Virus record (IMG/VR): IMGVR_UViG_3300021964_010723
Length of the DNA: 64,000 nucleotides
From: a virus
Taxonomy: Duplodnaviria; Caudoviricetes
Strand: one strand, 5' to 3'
Shown here piece by piece: positions 19,122 to 28,530 of the stretch; the stretch's first letter is position 1, and each line of letters begins with the position of its first letter. The position numbers and the translations under genes are program-made. Below the pieces are notes generated by a model that saw nothing but the letters and a program-made list of their open reading frames with translations, made no database searches and was not told the origin of the DNA.

Positions 19122-19352
19122 ATGAACAGTTTCACCCGCTCAGCCCATCCATACTACACAGACCGAGACTTCTGTGACAAGCTCACACTATACCGGACAG
19201 CCTGGAGTACCATACACGAGACCTATGTAGGACTCCGTGCGGTATGGCGTGATCCTAACAATGTTCCTGTCATCTCAGCCCATGTGCTAGGCACTCCTGA
19301 AGAGGAGACACATCTGTTCCGTCCAACTGAGTTGATCAACTACGTCCTCTAA
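19122..19352 (+). CDS. Hypothetical early protein
   Basis: Follows cassette SD. Confidence 0.65.
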   Translation: MNSFTRSAHPYYTDRDFCDKLTLYRTAWSTIHETYVGLRAVWRDPNNVPVISAHVLGTPEEETHLFRPTELINYVL

Positions 19353-19452
19353 AAAAATAAAAAAAATGGTTGACTTCCGAAAGGGAGTCAGCTATACTAT
19401 TAATACAGTGAGCGAACGGCTCTTCCTTCCAAAACTCCAACTAGGAGATCCA
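19351..19452 (+). promoter_or_regulatory. Early cassette P3 (A-tract class)
   Basis: A-tract; TTGACT(19370)-17-TATACT; GAGC-GAACG-GCTC; CTCC-AACTA-GGAG. Confidence 0.8.
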
Positions 19453-19773
19453 ATGCCAGAACTATCCAATACAGTTTACTCATTCTGCTCAGATCCCAGT
19501 CACGGTTGGCTAGCAGTTCCGCAGGCTGATCTCGCCCGTGTAGGTCTTTCCGCTGCAGACCTGTCAACATTCAGCTTTTGGGACGCGGAATACTTCTACT
19601 TAGAAGAGGACATGGACTATGCGATCTTCTGTCGTGCCTTTGAGCGCACCGTAGGTCACGCTCCAAACGTGAGATTTATTCCCTCAACAAGAGGCAGACA
19701 TTCAATCCGCCGCAAGAACCGCAACATCATTGGTTGTACAGACAGTTCAAAACTCATCTCTCTAATGGTATAA
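19453..19773 (+). CDS. Hypothetical early protein (true start MPELS)
   Basis: ATG after the cassette SD; SDPSHGWLAVP...YLEEDMD motif. Confidence 0.7.
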   Translation: MPELSNTVYSFCSDPSHGWLAVPQADLARVGLSAADLSTFSFWDAEYFYLEEDMDYAIFCRAFERTVGHAPNVRFIPSTRGRHSIRRKNRNIIGCTDSSKLISLMV

Positions 19774-19955
19774 AATGGAAGTAGAAGCAATCGTAAGGAT
19801 CACGTTAAAGGACGGATATGACCTTTCAAACCCAGATCGCGTCATAGAAGTGCTTAATGAAATGGATTATGAGTTTACACACGAGGCGATCGAAGACACT
19901 GAAATCGTAGACATCAATTGGGAGATTGACTGATGACATAAAAGATCCTTAACAA

Positions 19956-20089
19956 GATCAGTGACTTACAGCTAAGTCACTGATCCTACAGGGAATCATT
20001 TTTGTTGATTTTTTTGCCCCAATCAACTATACTATTAAGACAGTGAGCGATTAGCTCGTCCTTCCAATAACTCCAACTACGGAGATCCA
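19956..20089 (+). promoter_or_regulatory. Early cassette P4 (operator class)
   Basis: Perfect palindrome GATCAGTGACTTA-CAGC-TAAGTCACTGATC; TTGATT(20005)-17-TATACT; GAGC-GATTA-GCTC; CTCC-AACTAC-GGAG. Confidence 0.85.
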
Positions 20090-20296
20090 ATGTCAAGCAT
20101 TCCATTCGTTAGCAGAGCACAGATGACTTTCCGCCCAAAAGCAGAAAAGCGCTCAAGGAACTTGGACGCAGACCTGCGCACGAGCCAAGTCTACCTACTA
20201 GAGGGCAGGACTGTTGAGGAGACTATGAAGTCAGCTCGTCTAAACAATCGTCGCTACGAAATGATCGGAGGCAAGAAATTTTTGGTAGTCAGCTAA
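20090..20296 (+). CDS. Hypothetical basic early protein
   Basis: Follows cassette SD. Confidence 0.65.
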   Translation: MSSIPFVSRAQMTFRPKAEKRSRNLDADLRTSQVYLLEGRTVEETMKSARLNNRRYEMIGGKKFLVVS

Positions 20297-20387
20297 AAAA
20301 AAGGTTGACGGCAGGGCCTCGCCCTGCTATACTATTAAGACAGTGAGCGAAAAGCTCTTCCTTCCAAAACTCCAACCGGGAGATCCA
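20294..20387 (+). promoter_or_regulatory. Early cassette P5 (A-tract class)
   Basis: TTGACG(20305)-GCAGGGCCTCGCCCTGC-TATACT; GAGC-GAAAA-GCTC; CTCC-AACCG-GGAG. Confidence 0.85.
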
Positions 20388-20594
20388 ATGTCAGATACAC
20401 GAAAAGCCACTAACCGACTATTAGAACTAGTAGGCGACGGACTGCTAGATCAGTATCAGGTAATCCTAGCCTGCGTAAAGTATATGAGCGAGGACGATGT
20501 TGCAGACATGTGTCACCTAAACGAGTTTTTTGAGCAGGAGGACGAGGACCTAATGGACGACTTCAACTATGCGGGCAGTCGTCATCATTATTAA
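20388..20594 (+). CDS. Hypothetical acidic early protein (true start MSDTR)
   Basis: ATG after the cassette SD. Confidence 0.65.
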   Translation: MSDTRKATNRLLELVGDGLLDQYQVILACVKYMSEDDVADMCHLNEFFEQEDEDLMDDFNYAGSRHHY

Positions 20595-20686
20595 AAAAAA
20601 GGTTGACACGAGGCGTTGAGCCTGCTATACTATTAAGACAGTGAGCGACAAGCTTGCATTTTTCCAATCTACGCTAAGAGGGCACA
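20592..20686 (+). promoter_or_regulatory. Early cassette P6 (A-tract class)
   Basis: TTGACA(20603)-17-TATACT; GAGC-GACAA-GCTT. Confidence 0.85.
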
Positions 20687-21064
20687 ATGGCAACAAGAGC
20701 AAGAATTGCATACCGCTACACAGACGGATCATATGTTTCTGCTTATCATCATTGGGACGGCTATTTAGACGGCTTAGGACTACTGTTAACAGAACACTAT
20801 ACAGATCCTAAACTAATTGAGAAATGCATACAGAAAGGCAACGCTTCTACATGGACTCCAGAGCCTGAGAACAATAATTACTATCACAACGAGCGTTGTA
20901 TGACACATGCCGACACGAAGGCACTAATGGAAGACGCTTGGAACATGGATGAGGAATATCTTTACGTATACTCAGAAAAACTGCAAGGTTGGAGTGTACG
21001 ATTCCGCAACGGAGATATGACACGGATCTCAGCTGAAAGTATTTTGTCAGCAAGAGAAAAATAA
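20687..21064 (+). CDS. Conserved-type hypothetical phage protein
   Basis: MATRARI...Y.HWDGY..GLG..L pattern recalled from many phage ORFs. Confidence 0.7.
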   Translation: MATRARIAYRYTDGSYVSAYHHWDGYLDGLGLLLTEHYTDPKLIEKCIQKGNASTWTPEPENNNYYHNERCMTHADTKALMEDAWNMDEEYLYVYSEKLQGWSVRFRNGDMTRISAESILSAREK

Positions 21065-21149
21065 AGGTTGACAGCAGGGCCAGGCCCTGCTATACTATTA
21101 AAACATTGAGCGAGTCAGCTCACTTTTCCAACTCTATACGAGAACTAGC
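21061..21149 (+). promoter_or_regulatory. Early cassette P7 (A-tract class)
   Basis: TTGACA(21068)-GCAGGGCCAGGCCCTGC-TATACT; TGAGC-GAGTCA-GCTCA. Confidence 0.85.
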
Positions 21150-22151
21150 ATGTCAAACGTAAGAATACTTGAAGGCACATACAAGATCCGCGGCAATGAC
21201 ACATCTGTTGCGGGTATGATATTCCCACTAGTAGACGACTTCCGATTTGGCGCTAACGGAGGCTTTGTCACAGTAGACGCGAGGAACATTCCAGGCTTTC
21301 CAGATCGCAACATCAAGATCCGTGTCCCTAACAACAAAGCTTACGAAGTGACTGGAGATCATCAGATCGCTGCGCCTAAAGAGACAGACGAACAGACTAT
21401 CGAAAGACTGCGCGAGCGATTTGACATGTTAGAAGACATGACACGAGCATGCAAGAAGGGCGATGTACGTGCAATGATCGTGTCAGGTCCTCCAGGAGTA
21501 GGCAAGTCACACGGTGTTGAGAAAGTACTTGCAAAGCATGATATGATCACAACGCTTGCAAATACCCAACCTAAATTTGTAGTAGTAAAAGGTGCAATGT
21601 CGCCTTTAGGTCTATACATGAAACTGTACAACTATTCTGCCAAAGATAATGTTGTAGTTTTTGATGACTGTGACAGCATCTTCCAAGACGAACTTAGTCT
21701 TAACATCTTAAAAGCTGCATTAGATAGCAAGAAGACACGTAAGATCTTTTGGAATACTGACAGTCGTGCGCTTCGTTCGGAAGGTATTCCAGATCAGTTC
21801 GAGTTTAAAGGCTCTGCAGTATTCATTACTAATCTAAAGTTTGAGAAAGTCAAAGGCAAATTGCGTGAGCACTTAGAAGCATTAGAGTCACGCTGTCACT
21901 ACATCGACCTAACTATCGACACAGATAGAGAGAAGATGTTACGTATCAAGCAGATCGTCGCCGACGGCATGCTCGATGAATATGCATTCGAAGGTGACGT
22001 GCAAGAGGAGATACTTGACTTCGTTACAATTAATAAAGATCGCTTGAGAGAACTCAGTCTTAGGACTGTTCTTAAGATTGCAGATCTTGCAAAAGCTTTT
22101 CCAGACAAATGGGAGAGCATGTCAGAGAATACAGTGATGCGTCGAGCCTAA
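21150..22151 (+). CDS. AAA+ ATPase
   Basis: Walker A GPPGVGKS, Walker B VVVFDDCD, ITN sensor, ALESRC arginine finger. Confidence 0.85.
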   Translation: MSNVRILEGTYKIRGNDTSVAGMIFPLVDDFRFGANGGFVTVDARNIPGFPDRNIKIRVPNNKAYEVTGDHQIAAPKETDEQTIERLRERFDMLEDMTRACKKGDVRAMIVSGPPGVGKSHGVEKVLAKHDMITTLANTQPKFVVVKGAMSPLGLYMKLYNYSAKDNVVVFDDCDSIFQDELSLNILKAALDSKKTRKIFWNTDSRALRSEGIPDQFEFKGSAVFITNLKFEKVKGKLREHLEALESRCHYIDLTIDTDREKMLRIKQIVADGMLDEYAFEGDVQEEILDFVTINKDRLRELSLRTVLKIADLAKAFPDKWESMSENTVMRRA

Positions 22152-22204
22152 GCCCTCGGGCTCCGCATTGCACGGGCGGCAGTGGCCCTCAGCTGTCGCC
22201 CTAG

Positions 22205-22311
22205 AACAAAAAAAATAAAAAAAAGGTTGACGCGAGCACAAGGCTTTGCTATACTATTAATACAGTGAGCGACAAGCTCATCCTTCCAATAACTCCACAT
22301 AGGAGATCACA
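22205..22311 (+). promoter_or_regulatory. Early cassette P8 (A-tract class)
   Basis: Long A-tract; TTGACG(22227)-17-TATACT; TGAGC-GACAA-GCTCA; CTCC-ACATA-GGAG. Confidence 0.85.
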
Positions 22312-22587
22312 ATGGCAGCAAGACGCAAGACAATCGACTTAGACACTTTCGTCAACTGGTGCAACGACAGGCTCGCCAAGAGCAATTTCCAAGACCGAGA
22401 CAGCACAGAAGGTGTTGGCTATCGCAAGGGCATTATGACAGCCGTTGAAGAGGCGCTGTTCAGTGCTAATCGCTACCAAGGCTATCGCGCCATCCGTCCA
22501 CACGAAGTTGAAGTGAAAGACGGCTGGGGATACGACGATGCGACTGGTGAGTGGAACGATGACACTCGTCGTGTGTATTTCATCTAA
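22312..22587 (+). CDS. Hypothetical early protein
   Basis: Follows cassette SD. Confidence 0.7.
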   Translation: MAARRKTIDLDTFVNWCNDRLAKSNFQDRDSTEGVGYRKGIMTAVEEALFSANRYQGYRAIRPHEVEVKDGWGYDDATGEWNDDTRRVYFI

Positions 22588-22832
22588 CCACAGCAGGGGC
22601 TTAGGCCCCGCTGTATGTATACGTAACTATCCTAACCTAAAGGAGATCAATGATCGAAGACAACCGCACCAGCAAAGATATCCGCAAGGAGATCAAGCAA
22701 TTGAAAAAGCTTGTGAAGGTAAAGCAAGAACTGTTAGGCATCGTGCTGATGCAGGAAGAGCTAAGCCAGATCAAACTACAGAAGACTTTCGACGCGGCCG
22801 GTAACTAATTAATTTAATCTAAGGAGCACGAC

Positions 22833-23015
22833 ATGGCACAGGTAACCAAGCGAGTACAATCACTTTCACAGACAGTACAAGAAGTAGAAGAAGACATCTG
22901 CTGGCTGCAGCGACATGCAGTGAACGGCATCGTACCGCAGAAGGTACAGAGAGAACTGCAAGACCTGCAGCGGACGCGAGCTAGCCTGATTGAACGAAAG
23001 ACAGAGCTGGCGTAA
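22833..23015 (+). CDS. Small coiled-coil hypothetical protein
   Basis: SD AAGGAG. Confidence 0.55.
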   Translation: MAQVTKRVQSLSQTVQEVEEDICWLQRHAVNGIVPQKVQRELQDLQRTRASLIERKTELA

Positions 23016-23025
23016 AGGATTCGTT

Positions 23026-23102
23026 CTGCGTGTAGTTCAGTCTGGTAGAACACTTGTTTTGGGAACAAGAGGTCGTTGGTTCAAGTCCAGCCACGCAGAC
23101 CA
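23026..23102 (+). tRNA. tRNA-Pro(UGG)
   Basis: CTTGT-TT-TGG-GA-ACAAG arm; acceptor CTGCGTG/CACGCAG; CCA. Confidence 0.92.
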
Positions 23103-23105
23103 TTA

Positions 23106-23182
<77 letters not shown>

Positions 23183-23191
23183 CACTTCACG

Positions 23192-23434
23192 ATGAGAATC
23201 ACAATGACAACGATCCAGAAACGATACAATAAACTAAGACAGATGTCAATCCAGGAATTAGAAACAGAACGATCCAGTCTGTATGACGCGATGGCAGAAG
23301 AAGAAGCAGATCCCTACGGAGGATGGGGCAGCTGTCTCCACGACAGCCTAAGCCTGGATGTGTCAATTGTAGAAGAGGTGCTGGACGAAAAAAAGAAAGC
23401 CAACAAGATCAATGACTTAGCCCTAACCTGCTGA
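23192..23434 (+). CDS. Hypothetical acidic protein
   Basis: ORF downstream of the tRNA pair. Confidence 0.5.
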   Translation: MRITMTTIQKRYNKLRQMSIQELETERSSLYDAMAEEEADPYGGWGSCLHDSLSLDVSIVEEVLDEKKKANKINDLALTC

Positions 23435-23527
23435 TATCACAAGAGATCTTTTCTGTTGATTTTTTGGACCGGATCAGATATACTATATGCATAGTGAATG
23501 ATACCACAACGCCAACTAGGAGCGAAC
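23407..23527 (+). promoter_or_regulatory. Early cassette P9 (operator class)
   Basis: GATCAATGACTTA-GCCC-TAACCTGCTGAT; TTGATT(23456)-17-TATACT; SD AGGAG. Confidence 0.75.
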
Positions 23528-23722
23528 ATGACACGAGAGCAGATCCAACAAGCAACACAGGCATTCCTTGCAAACGGCGGAGAGATCCAGAAGATGCCAG
23601 AGCGCAAATCCTACACCTGGGCAGACATCAGCACGATGCTGGAGAGGATACTAGATCAGGTAGACGGCATTGATGACGAAGTTGAAGCAGGAGGATATGA
23701 CGAAGCCGCAGTAGGAATTTGA
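23528..23722 (+). CDS. Hypothetical early protein (true start MTREQ)
   Basis: ATG after SD; AFLANGGEIQK motif. Confidence 0.65.
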   Translation: MTREQIQQATQAFLANGGEIQKMPERKSYTWADISTMLERILDQVDGIDDEVEAGGYDEAAVGI

Positions 23723-23824
23723 AAATAATTTAAAAAAATGGTTGACTTCTCCGCAGGAGTCAACTATACTATATAGACACTGAGCGAACAGCTCCACTCC
23801 GCCCACTCCACACTAGGAGACCAC
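23722..23824 (+). promoter_or_regulatory. Early cassette P10 (A-tract class)
   Basis: TTGACT(23742)-17-TATACT; GAGC-GAACA-GCTC; CTCC-ACACTA-GGAG. Confidence 0.85.
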
Positions 23825-24052
23825 ATGCCACAGTCAGTTTACCACATCCAACTACAAGAGATCCAAGAAGAGATTGATCTGCTGAACGAAGCTTGCAGCA
23901 GGCCAGAAGAAGACGAGTTCCAGATCATGCGTTGGAGAGATCGTATCTTTGATCTAGAGCAGGAGCAGATCTTAATTGAGCAGCGACAGGAAGAGCTGGA
24001 TCAGATGGACGACGACTACGCCTTGTTCGAAGACTTCATCGAATTCGTTTAA
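23825..24052 (+). CDS. Acidic coiled-coil hypothetical protein
   Basis: Follows cassette SD. Confidence 0.65.
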   Translation: MPQSVYHIQLQEIQEEIDLLNEACSRPEEDEFQIMRWRDRIFDLEQEQILIEQRQEELDQMDDDYALFEDFIEFV

Positions 24053-24072
24053 CAATCACTGAGGAGATATCA

Positions 24073-24291
24073 ATGAGTGTAGCAGCCAACATGAACTTCA
24101 TTTGGGGCGCCATTGCCAACAAGAGCCGCACAATGATCCAAACAGATCAGGGACCAATGAAGATCTTTTCCATCCGCACCAAGGCAGGAGTGGATATGGA
24201 GATCATGGCCGTCAACAACCAAGCCAACAACCACACCTTCATCACAGTCACTCCAGACAATTCGGGTGACATCAGATCACGACTTTTTTAA
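24073..24291 (+). CDS. Hypothetical protein
   Basis: SD GAGGAG. Confidence 0.6.
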   Translation: MSVAANMNFIWGAIANKSRTMIQTDQGPMKIFSIRTKAGVDMEIMAVNNQANNHTFITVTPDNSGDIRSRLF

Positions 24292-24312
24292 AAAAATAAC
24301 GGAGAGTTCCAA

Positions 24313-24531
24313 ATGACGCAAGCAATCCGATCAGCTTCAGGCCTAATCTCAGTCCTATTCTTCTTCATTGCAGTGGGCAGTGACAATTGGCCAGCCACAC
24401 TCTGTGCCGCAGCCATAGCGTTCTTGTTCGCTGTAGTAGAATACGAAGAAGCAAAAGAGCTAGGCTTCTTCAACAGACCCAAGGCGCAAAAGAAAATTTC
24501 CCTACAAAATCAACAGGTTGCACGTAAGTAA
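24313..24531 (+). CDS. Small two-TM membrane protein
   Basis: SD GGAG; two hydrophobic segments. Confidence 0.6.
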   Translation: MTQAIRSASGLISVLFFFIAVGSDNWPATLCAAAIAFLFAVVEYEEAKELGFFNRPKAQKKISLQNQQVARK

Positions 24532-24636
24532 CTGAAATTGCACAGGATCTTTTTTGTTGCTTTTTTTATGCTAGTAAACTATACTATTAAAACATTGCAG
24601 CTTGCTGCGTTTTTTAAATTGCATTAGGAGTTTACT
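24507..24636 (+). promoter_or_regulatory. Early cassette P11 (operator class)
   Basis: Degenerate palindrome with TAAGTAACTGA; TTGCTT(24557)-17-TATACT; GCAGC-TT-GCTGC leader. Confidence 0.7.
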
Positions 24637-24888
24637 ATGCAAACTAATAAGGTACTTGTAAGTGGTAACGCAGATTTTATGCAACATGCACTGGCATTGA
24701 CAACTGGCTATACAGTTAAAAGTTACTTGCATGAAACTACTACACATGAGGATGACGAATGGACAGAGTTTGCAGTATATGTGTTAGAGGGAACAAGAGA
24801 AGACATTGATGAAGTGGATATACAACTGCAACAGATTGCAGCAATTGTTGATGAAGAACTATACGGAGGAGAACTAGGAGAAATTTAA
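24637..24888 (+). CDS. Hypothetical acidic protein
   Basis: SD AGGAG. Confidence 0.6.
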   Translation: MQTNKVLVSGNADFMQHALALTTGYTVKSYLHETTTHEDDEWTEFAVYVLEGTREDIDEVDIQLQQIAAIVDEELYGGELGEI

Positions 24889-24945
24889 TTTAACACAAAC
24901 ATGCAGCAATTATTGCTGCATGTTACACACTAAATAAGAGGAACA

Positions 24946-25143
24946 ATGCAACAAACAAAACACAAACCTCTGGACGTTCCTGGCTCACCTTATTGGTGCG
25001 GCAAGAAGGATAAGCAGGATGGATTAAAGTCACGTCCACATTACTATCCCAGCATGCTGGCAGGCAGTATGAAACGCTGGGGTACTGACCGTATGATGCA
25101 GATGGAGATAGAAGAGTATGAGCTTGGATACAACGAAAACTAA
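24946..25143 (+). CDS. Hypothetical protein
   Basis: SD GAGG; RPHYY...MTxxEIEEYELGY-type motif. Confidence 0.55.
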   Translation: MQQTKHKPLDVPGSPYWCGKKDKQDGLKSRPHYYPSMLAGSMKRWGTDRMMQMEIEEYELGYNEN

Positions 25144-25312
25144 TAACCTATATCGTGTACGCTATGCACACGGTACGAACGAATATGCGGACGAGATCAT
25201 AGCACCCACAGAGCGGCATGCAGCCCAGATCATCATACACTACATGCACACCAACAACTGGACTACGGGTAAGGTGCTGGGTGTACAACTACTAGAACGA
25301 GCATACTCATGA
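25118..25312 (+). CDS. Hypothetical protein
   Basis: Co-oriented ORF. Confidence 0.45.
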   Translation: MSLDTTKTNNLYRVRYAHGTNEYADEIIAPTERHAAQIIIHYMHTNNWTTGKVLGVQLLERAYS

Positions 25313-25652
25313 ACGTATTCCAACGAGCAGAAACTGTCCAGTCGGCAGTGGAGCGGTACGAAAGATTAATGTGGGAGAAGGCAAGGATAGAACGAGAGAT
25401 AATCGAAATGAAAATAATTATCGATCGTCTCGGTGAAGAAGAGAAAAAAAATTTTTCTCGAGGGGTGGGGGGCATATAAAATATAATTAATAATAACAAG
25501 CACTTAGCTTAACGACCCCATATGTGCAAAATCACCACCCAGAATCTGTAAGTACTTCCCTAAAAATTTTCGCGCGACGGTAAAAAAAGGTCTGCAGGAC
25601 CCATTTCGGAACTTTTCGGGCTGACAGCCTCGATACTGCTCAGAGAGCAGGT

Positions 25653-26060
25653 TTACGGTAGTAACTGTATGGGTAATTGTGTTACTGTGGCCTGCACAAG
25701 GTCTCCCGCCAAATCAAAGTGTTCACTCATCATTTCAAACGGTTGTCTGTGTATACGTGAGTATGCTGAACGGCCAATTTCTCTGTAGTAGCTACGGTCA
25801 ATTCCACGGTGTCGTCTATAGTTAGGAAACGCTCCGTAGACTAAGAGAGCACAATCCGCAACCGTTTTACAGTCCAGGTCTGTTTCAGCGGTTAGATATT
25901 GTTCTGCGAAAGTCTTGTCTTGCGTAACCGGCTGCTTATCAGTGTACTCAGCCATTACGGCTGTTGTGTACTGCTGCAGTTCCCATGGTAAGCACAGTCC
26001 TTGCTGTTCAATTACTTCTCGTACCAATTGCGTAAAAAGTTCTAAATACTCTGCTTGCAT
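25653..26060 (-). CDS. Hypothetical late protein
   Basis: Exact TATAAATA at 26066-26073 (minus), 5 nt before ATG. Confidence 0.7.
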   Translation of the reverse strand: MQAEYLELFTQLVREVIEQQGLCLPWELQQYTTAVMAEYTDKQPVTQDKTFAEQYLTAETDLDCKTVADCALLVYGAFPNYRRHRGIDRSYYREIGRSAYSRIHRQPFEMMSEHFDLAGDLVQATVTQLPIQLLP

Positions 26061-26273
26061 ACTGTTATTTATACAGGGGGAAGGAATATAAAATAGCCTA
26101 AAATTTCAAATCACCATGTACGGGGTGTTTTATCGTGTTGCAAATGGTGTTGTGTAGTGGTTGACATAAAATTGCGTTAATCGCCTGCGGGCTTACCGCT
26201 TAACGCTTCGCGCAAGAGATAATTCGCTAAATCGTTTTCACAAACCAATTGCATGGCCTGCTGTAAATAATTT

Positions 26274-26876
26274 ATGTCTCGCATAGTATCTTTTGGATGT
26301 AGTTTAACATTTGGTCAGAGTCTGCCAGATTGTGTTCTTGGGAAGAAAACAGATTTGCCTAGTCAATACGCTTGGCCTAGTGTGCTTGCTAGACTCATGC
26401 GTAGACCTTGCAAGAACTATGGTATCCCAGGAGCAAGCAATTTAGAAATACTGCACTGCATAAGTTCTGTAACAGAAATATTTCCTGGTGATGTAGTTAT
26501 CGTCATGTGGAGTTTCTTAGAAAGGTCCTGCGTATTGGAATCTGACACTGTTAAACAGATTGGTCCTTGGATAGATCGACCTGAGATTAAAACATATTAT
26601 CAACATCTGCACAGTGACTACACAGACCGCTTCCTCTACCCAATTTTAGTTCGTCATGGAGATGCGCTCGTTCGTAAACACACAAATAATGTCTATCATA
26701 TGGAAGCACGAACTACTAATTGTTTTCCTCTATCAACACTGGGTATTAGTATAGATGACGCAGAACGTTATATCGATGCAACCTACACTGATAGAGGTTT
26801 TGACGGAGTGCATCCGGGAATAATAAAACACGAGCAGCTGGCCAAAAAGATTTATGCAATTTTACAAGCAAATTGA
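26274..26876 (+). CDS. SGNH/GDSL-hydrolase-like protein
   Basis: FGCSLTFG (block I), GIPGASN (block II), DGVHPG (DxxH). Confidence 0.7.
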   Translation: MSRIVSFGCSLTFGQSLPDCVLGKKTDLPSQYAWPSVLARLMRRPCKNYGIPGASNLEILHCISSVTEIFPGDVVIVMWSFLERSCVLESDTVKQIGPWIDRPEIKTYYQHLHSDYTDRFLYPILVRHGDALVRKHTNNVYHMEARTTNCFPLSTLGISIDDAERYIDATYTDRGFDGVHPGIIKHEQLAKKIYAILQAN

Positions 26877-27378
26877 CGTTTTCACACAAGAACAATGTGC
26901 CGACATCCTTGAAGCCTGTACTGAATGGAGACAAGGATGGTGTGAGAAGTTTAGTTGGGCTTTTAGATCTGATCAGATAACAGATTATTATTCAGACTGG
27001 GCATGGAATTGTGTTAAGCGGCATATGACAGCAACAAAAGTGTATCCTGTTGATTGGGTCTATAATAATTTTAGGATTTTAAAATTTACTCCTGGTACCA
27101 GCTATAGCTGGCACTGTGATGTTATTCCTAAACAACGGATCAGTAATAGATCCAGGAATATAATTGTGGTTTTAAAAAAAGGCATCAGTGCTGTAATAGA
27201 AACCGAACAAGGTATTTTTGATCTAGCACAGGGAAAAGGAATACAGTTTCCTATCCAAGATTATTATCAGATTATTGGTCCACATGTGACACGAGAAAAA
27301 GATAATGATTTTGTTGTACTTAATGGTTGGGGTATGCAGCGATTAAGTGATGTAACATATAATCAAAATTTCAATTAG
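26854..27378 (+). CDS. Possible 2OG-Fe(II) oxygenase-like protein
   Basis: FRILKFTPGTSYSWHCD (HxD); distal motifs degenerate. Confidence 0.45.
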   Translation: MQFYKQIDVFTQEQCADILEACTEWRQGWCEKFSWAFRSDQITDYYSDWAWNCVKRHMTATKVYPVDWVYNNFRILKFTPGTSYSWHCDVIPKQRISNRSRNIIVVLKKGISAVIETEQGIFDLAQGKGIQFPIQDYYQIIGPHVTREKDNDFVVLNGWGMQRLSDVTYNQNFN

Positions 27379-27877
27379 GTCGTTCTTGTTTAGGAGGTAG
27401 CAATCTTGTAGAGTCAATGTCATACAGTTCAAACATATCTCCGCCTTGGGATTTATTCGTGCCTAAACCACCTGACTGATCGCCTAGATCTCCTATGCCT
27501 TCGTCATCCTCGGATGTTTGATTAAAGTTTCCTTCTACCCAAACGCCATTGCGTGCCTTCTGCATTGCTGCTTCTAGCTGTGCATGCTGTTCTTCTGTGT
27601 ACGGTACGGAGTAAGCTCTAGGTTCAGTATCGTTGTCGTGTATTACCCACATGAATAATCTATCGTCAGAATTAGCATAACTCAAGAGTACAAACTTTGA
27701 TTGTAGATAACGTGTAGTAGGATATCCCAGTATGCTGCCATAAAAAGTATATAATCCAATCGCACAAGCAAGTGAAACAGGAATTATATAATACAGATGT
27801 ATGCTGCTTCTAGTGCTGATAATAGCGTATATGATCAGCAGCACAACAACTATCGCAATCAATAATAAATAGGTCAT
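27371..27877 (-). CDS. Membrane-anchored protein, third gene of the ExbB/ExbD-like module
   Basis: Two N-terminal hydrophobic segments; coupled to the upstream gene. Confidence 0.7.
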   Translation of the reverse strand: MTYLLLIAIVVVLLIIYAIISTRSSIHLYYIIPVSLACAIGLYTFYGSILGYPTTRYLQSKFVLLSYANSDDRLFMWVIHDNDTEPRAYSVPYTEEQHAQLEAAMQKARNGVWVEGNFNQTSEDDEGIGDLGDQSGGLGTNKSQGGDMFELYDIDSTRLLPPKQERPN

Positions 27878-28530
27878 TAAAAGCCTCCTGAACGACTACC
27901 GGTATCTAATGTTGCGCCTACCTGTGCTTGCACTAATCGTTTAGGTAGTCTGTTTATTTTAGTAGCAGTGCCTTCTGCATCAAGTGTAAATCTAACAAAT
28001 GTTTCTTCTTGTCCTTTTGCATCTAGAGTTTTACCATCTGAAAATATAATTTGGAACGGGTTTAATCTTAAAACTTCTATTTTTACTTCTGCAGGAATAC
28101 GAGTTCCATATTGTTCAGAACCTATGCCTGGAGTAGTATAATAATGGGCATTAACTACATAGTCGCCTGGTTGCAGTGCTCTAAGGGTAACTATTTCTCT
28201 GTTAAGATAGATTTTTTCTATCTCGCCATTTGGTAGTGTATAATAATCATTTCTTACACCTAAATCGTCCTTGTCTAGGTGTGCATGGCCTGCAACAGGG
28301 TTTATGTAGCTGACTTTGCCGTTGGGAGTTTCTACCCAAAGGTCAATATCACCTTCGTGATCATCTTGCCAGCTCATTACAATCATTATCTCTGCTTTGT
28401 ATTCTATTTCAGATGTTTTGGCAGGATTGTTGATCAATAAGAAGCTGATTAGGAACAGCATTACAAAGCCAAGTATTAAATTAAATAATAAATCTATAAA
28501 GGCAAGATTTGATACGTAACGTCTATCCAT
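27877..28530 (-). CDS. ExbD/MotB-like TM anchor fused to a YfaP/DUF2135-like domain
   Basis: LAFIDLLFNLILGF (TM with Asp); SW....DIDLWVETP.G....LDKDDLG...E......PGDYVVNAHYY. Confidence 0.6.
   Translation of the reverse strand: MDRRYVSNLAFIDLLFNLILGFVMLFLISFLLINNPAKTSEIEYKAEIMIVMSWQDDHEGDIDLWVETPNGKVSYINPVAGHAHLDKDDLGVRNDYYTLPNGEIEKIYLNREIVTLRALQPGDYVVNAHYYTTPGIGSEQYGTRIPAEVKIEVLRLNPFQIIFSDGKTLDAKGQEETFVRFTLDAEGTATKINRLPKRLVQAQVGATLDTGSRSGGF

Noticed and set aside
19366-20387. Extended N-termini of ORFs 19366 and 20343 (shared LFLPKLQ.GDPM)
   Set aside because: The similarity is translated leader DNA; true starts follow the SD at 19453 and 20388
20305-21096. N4 virion-RNAP hairpin promoters
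   Set aside because: The hairpins sit between canonical sigma70 boxes rather than at the N4 position, and no vRNAP gene is in the window; kept only as spacer palindromes
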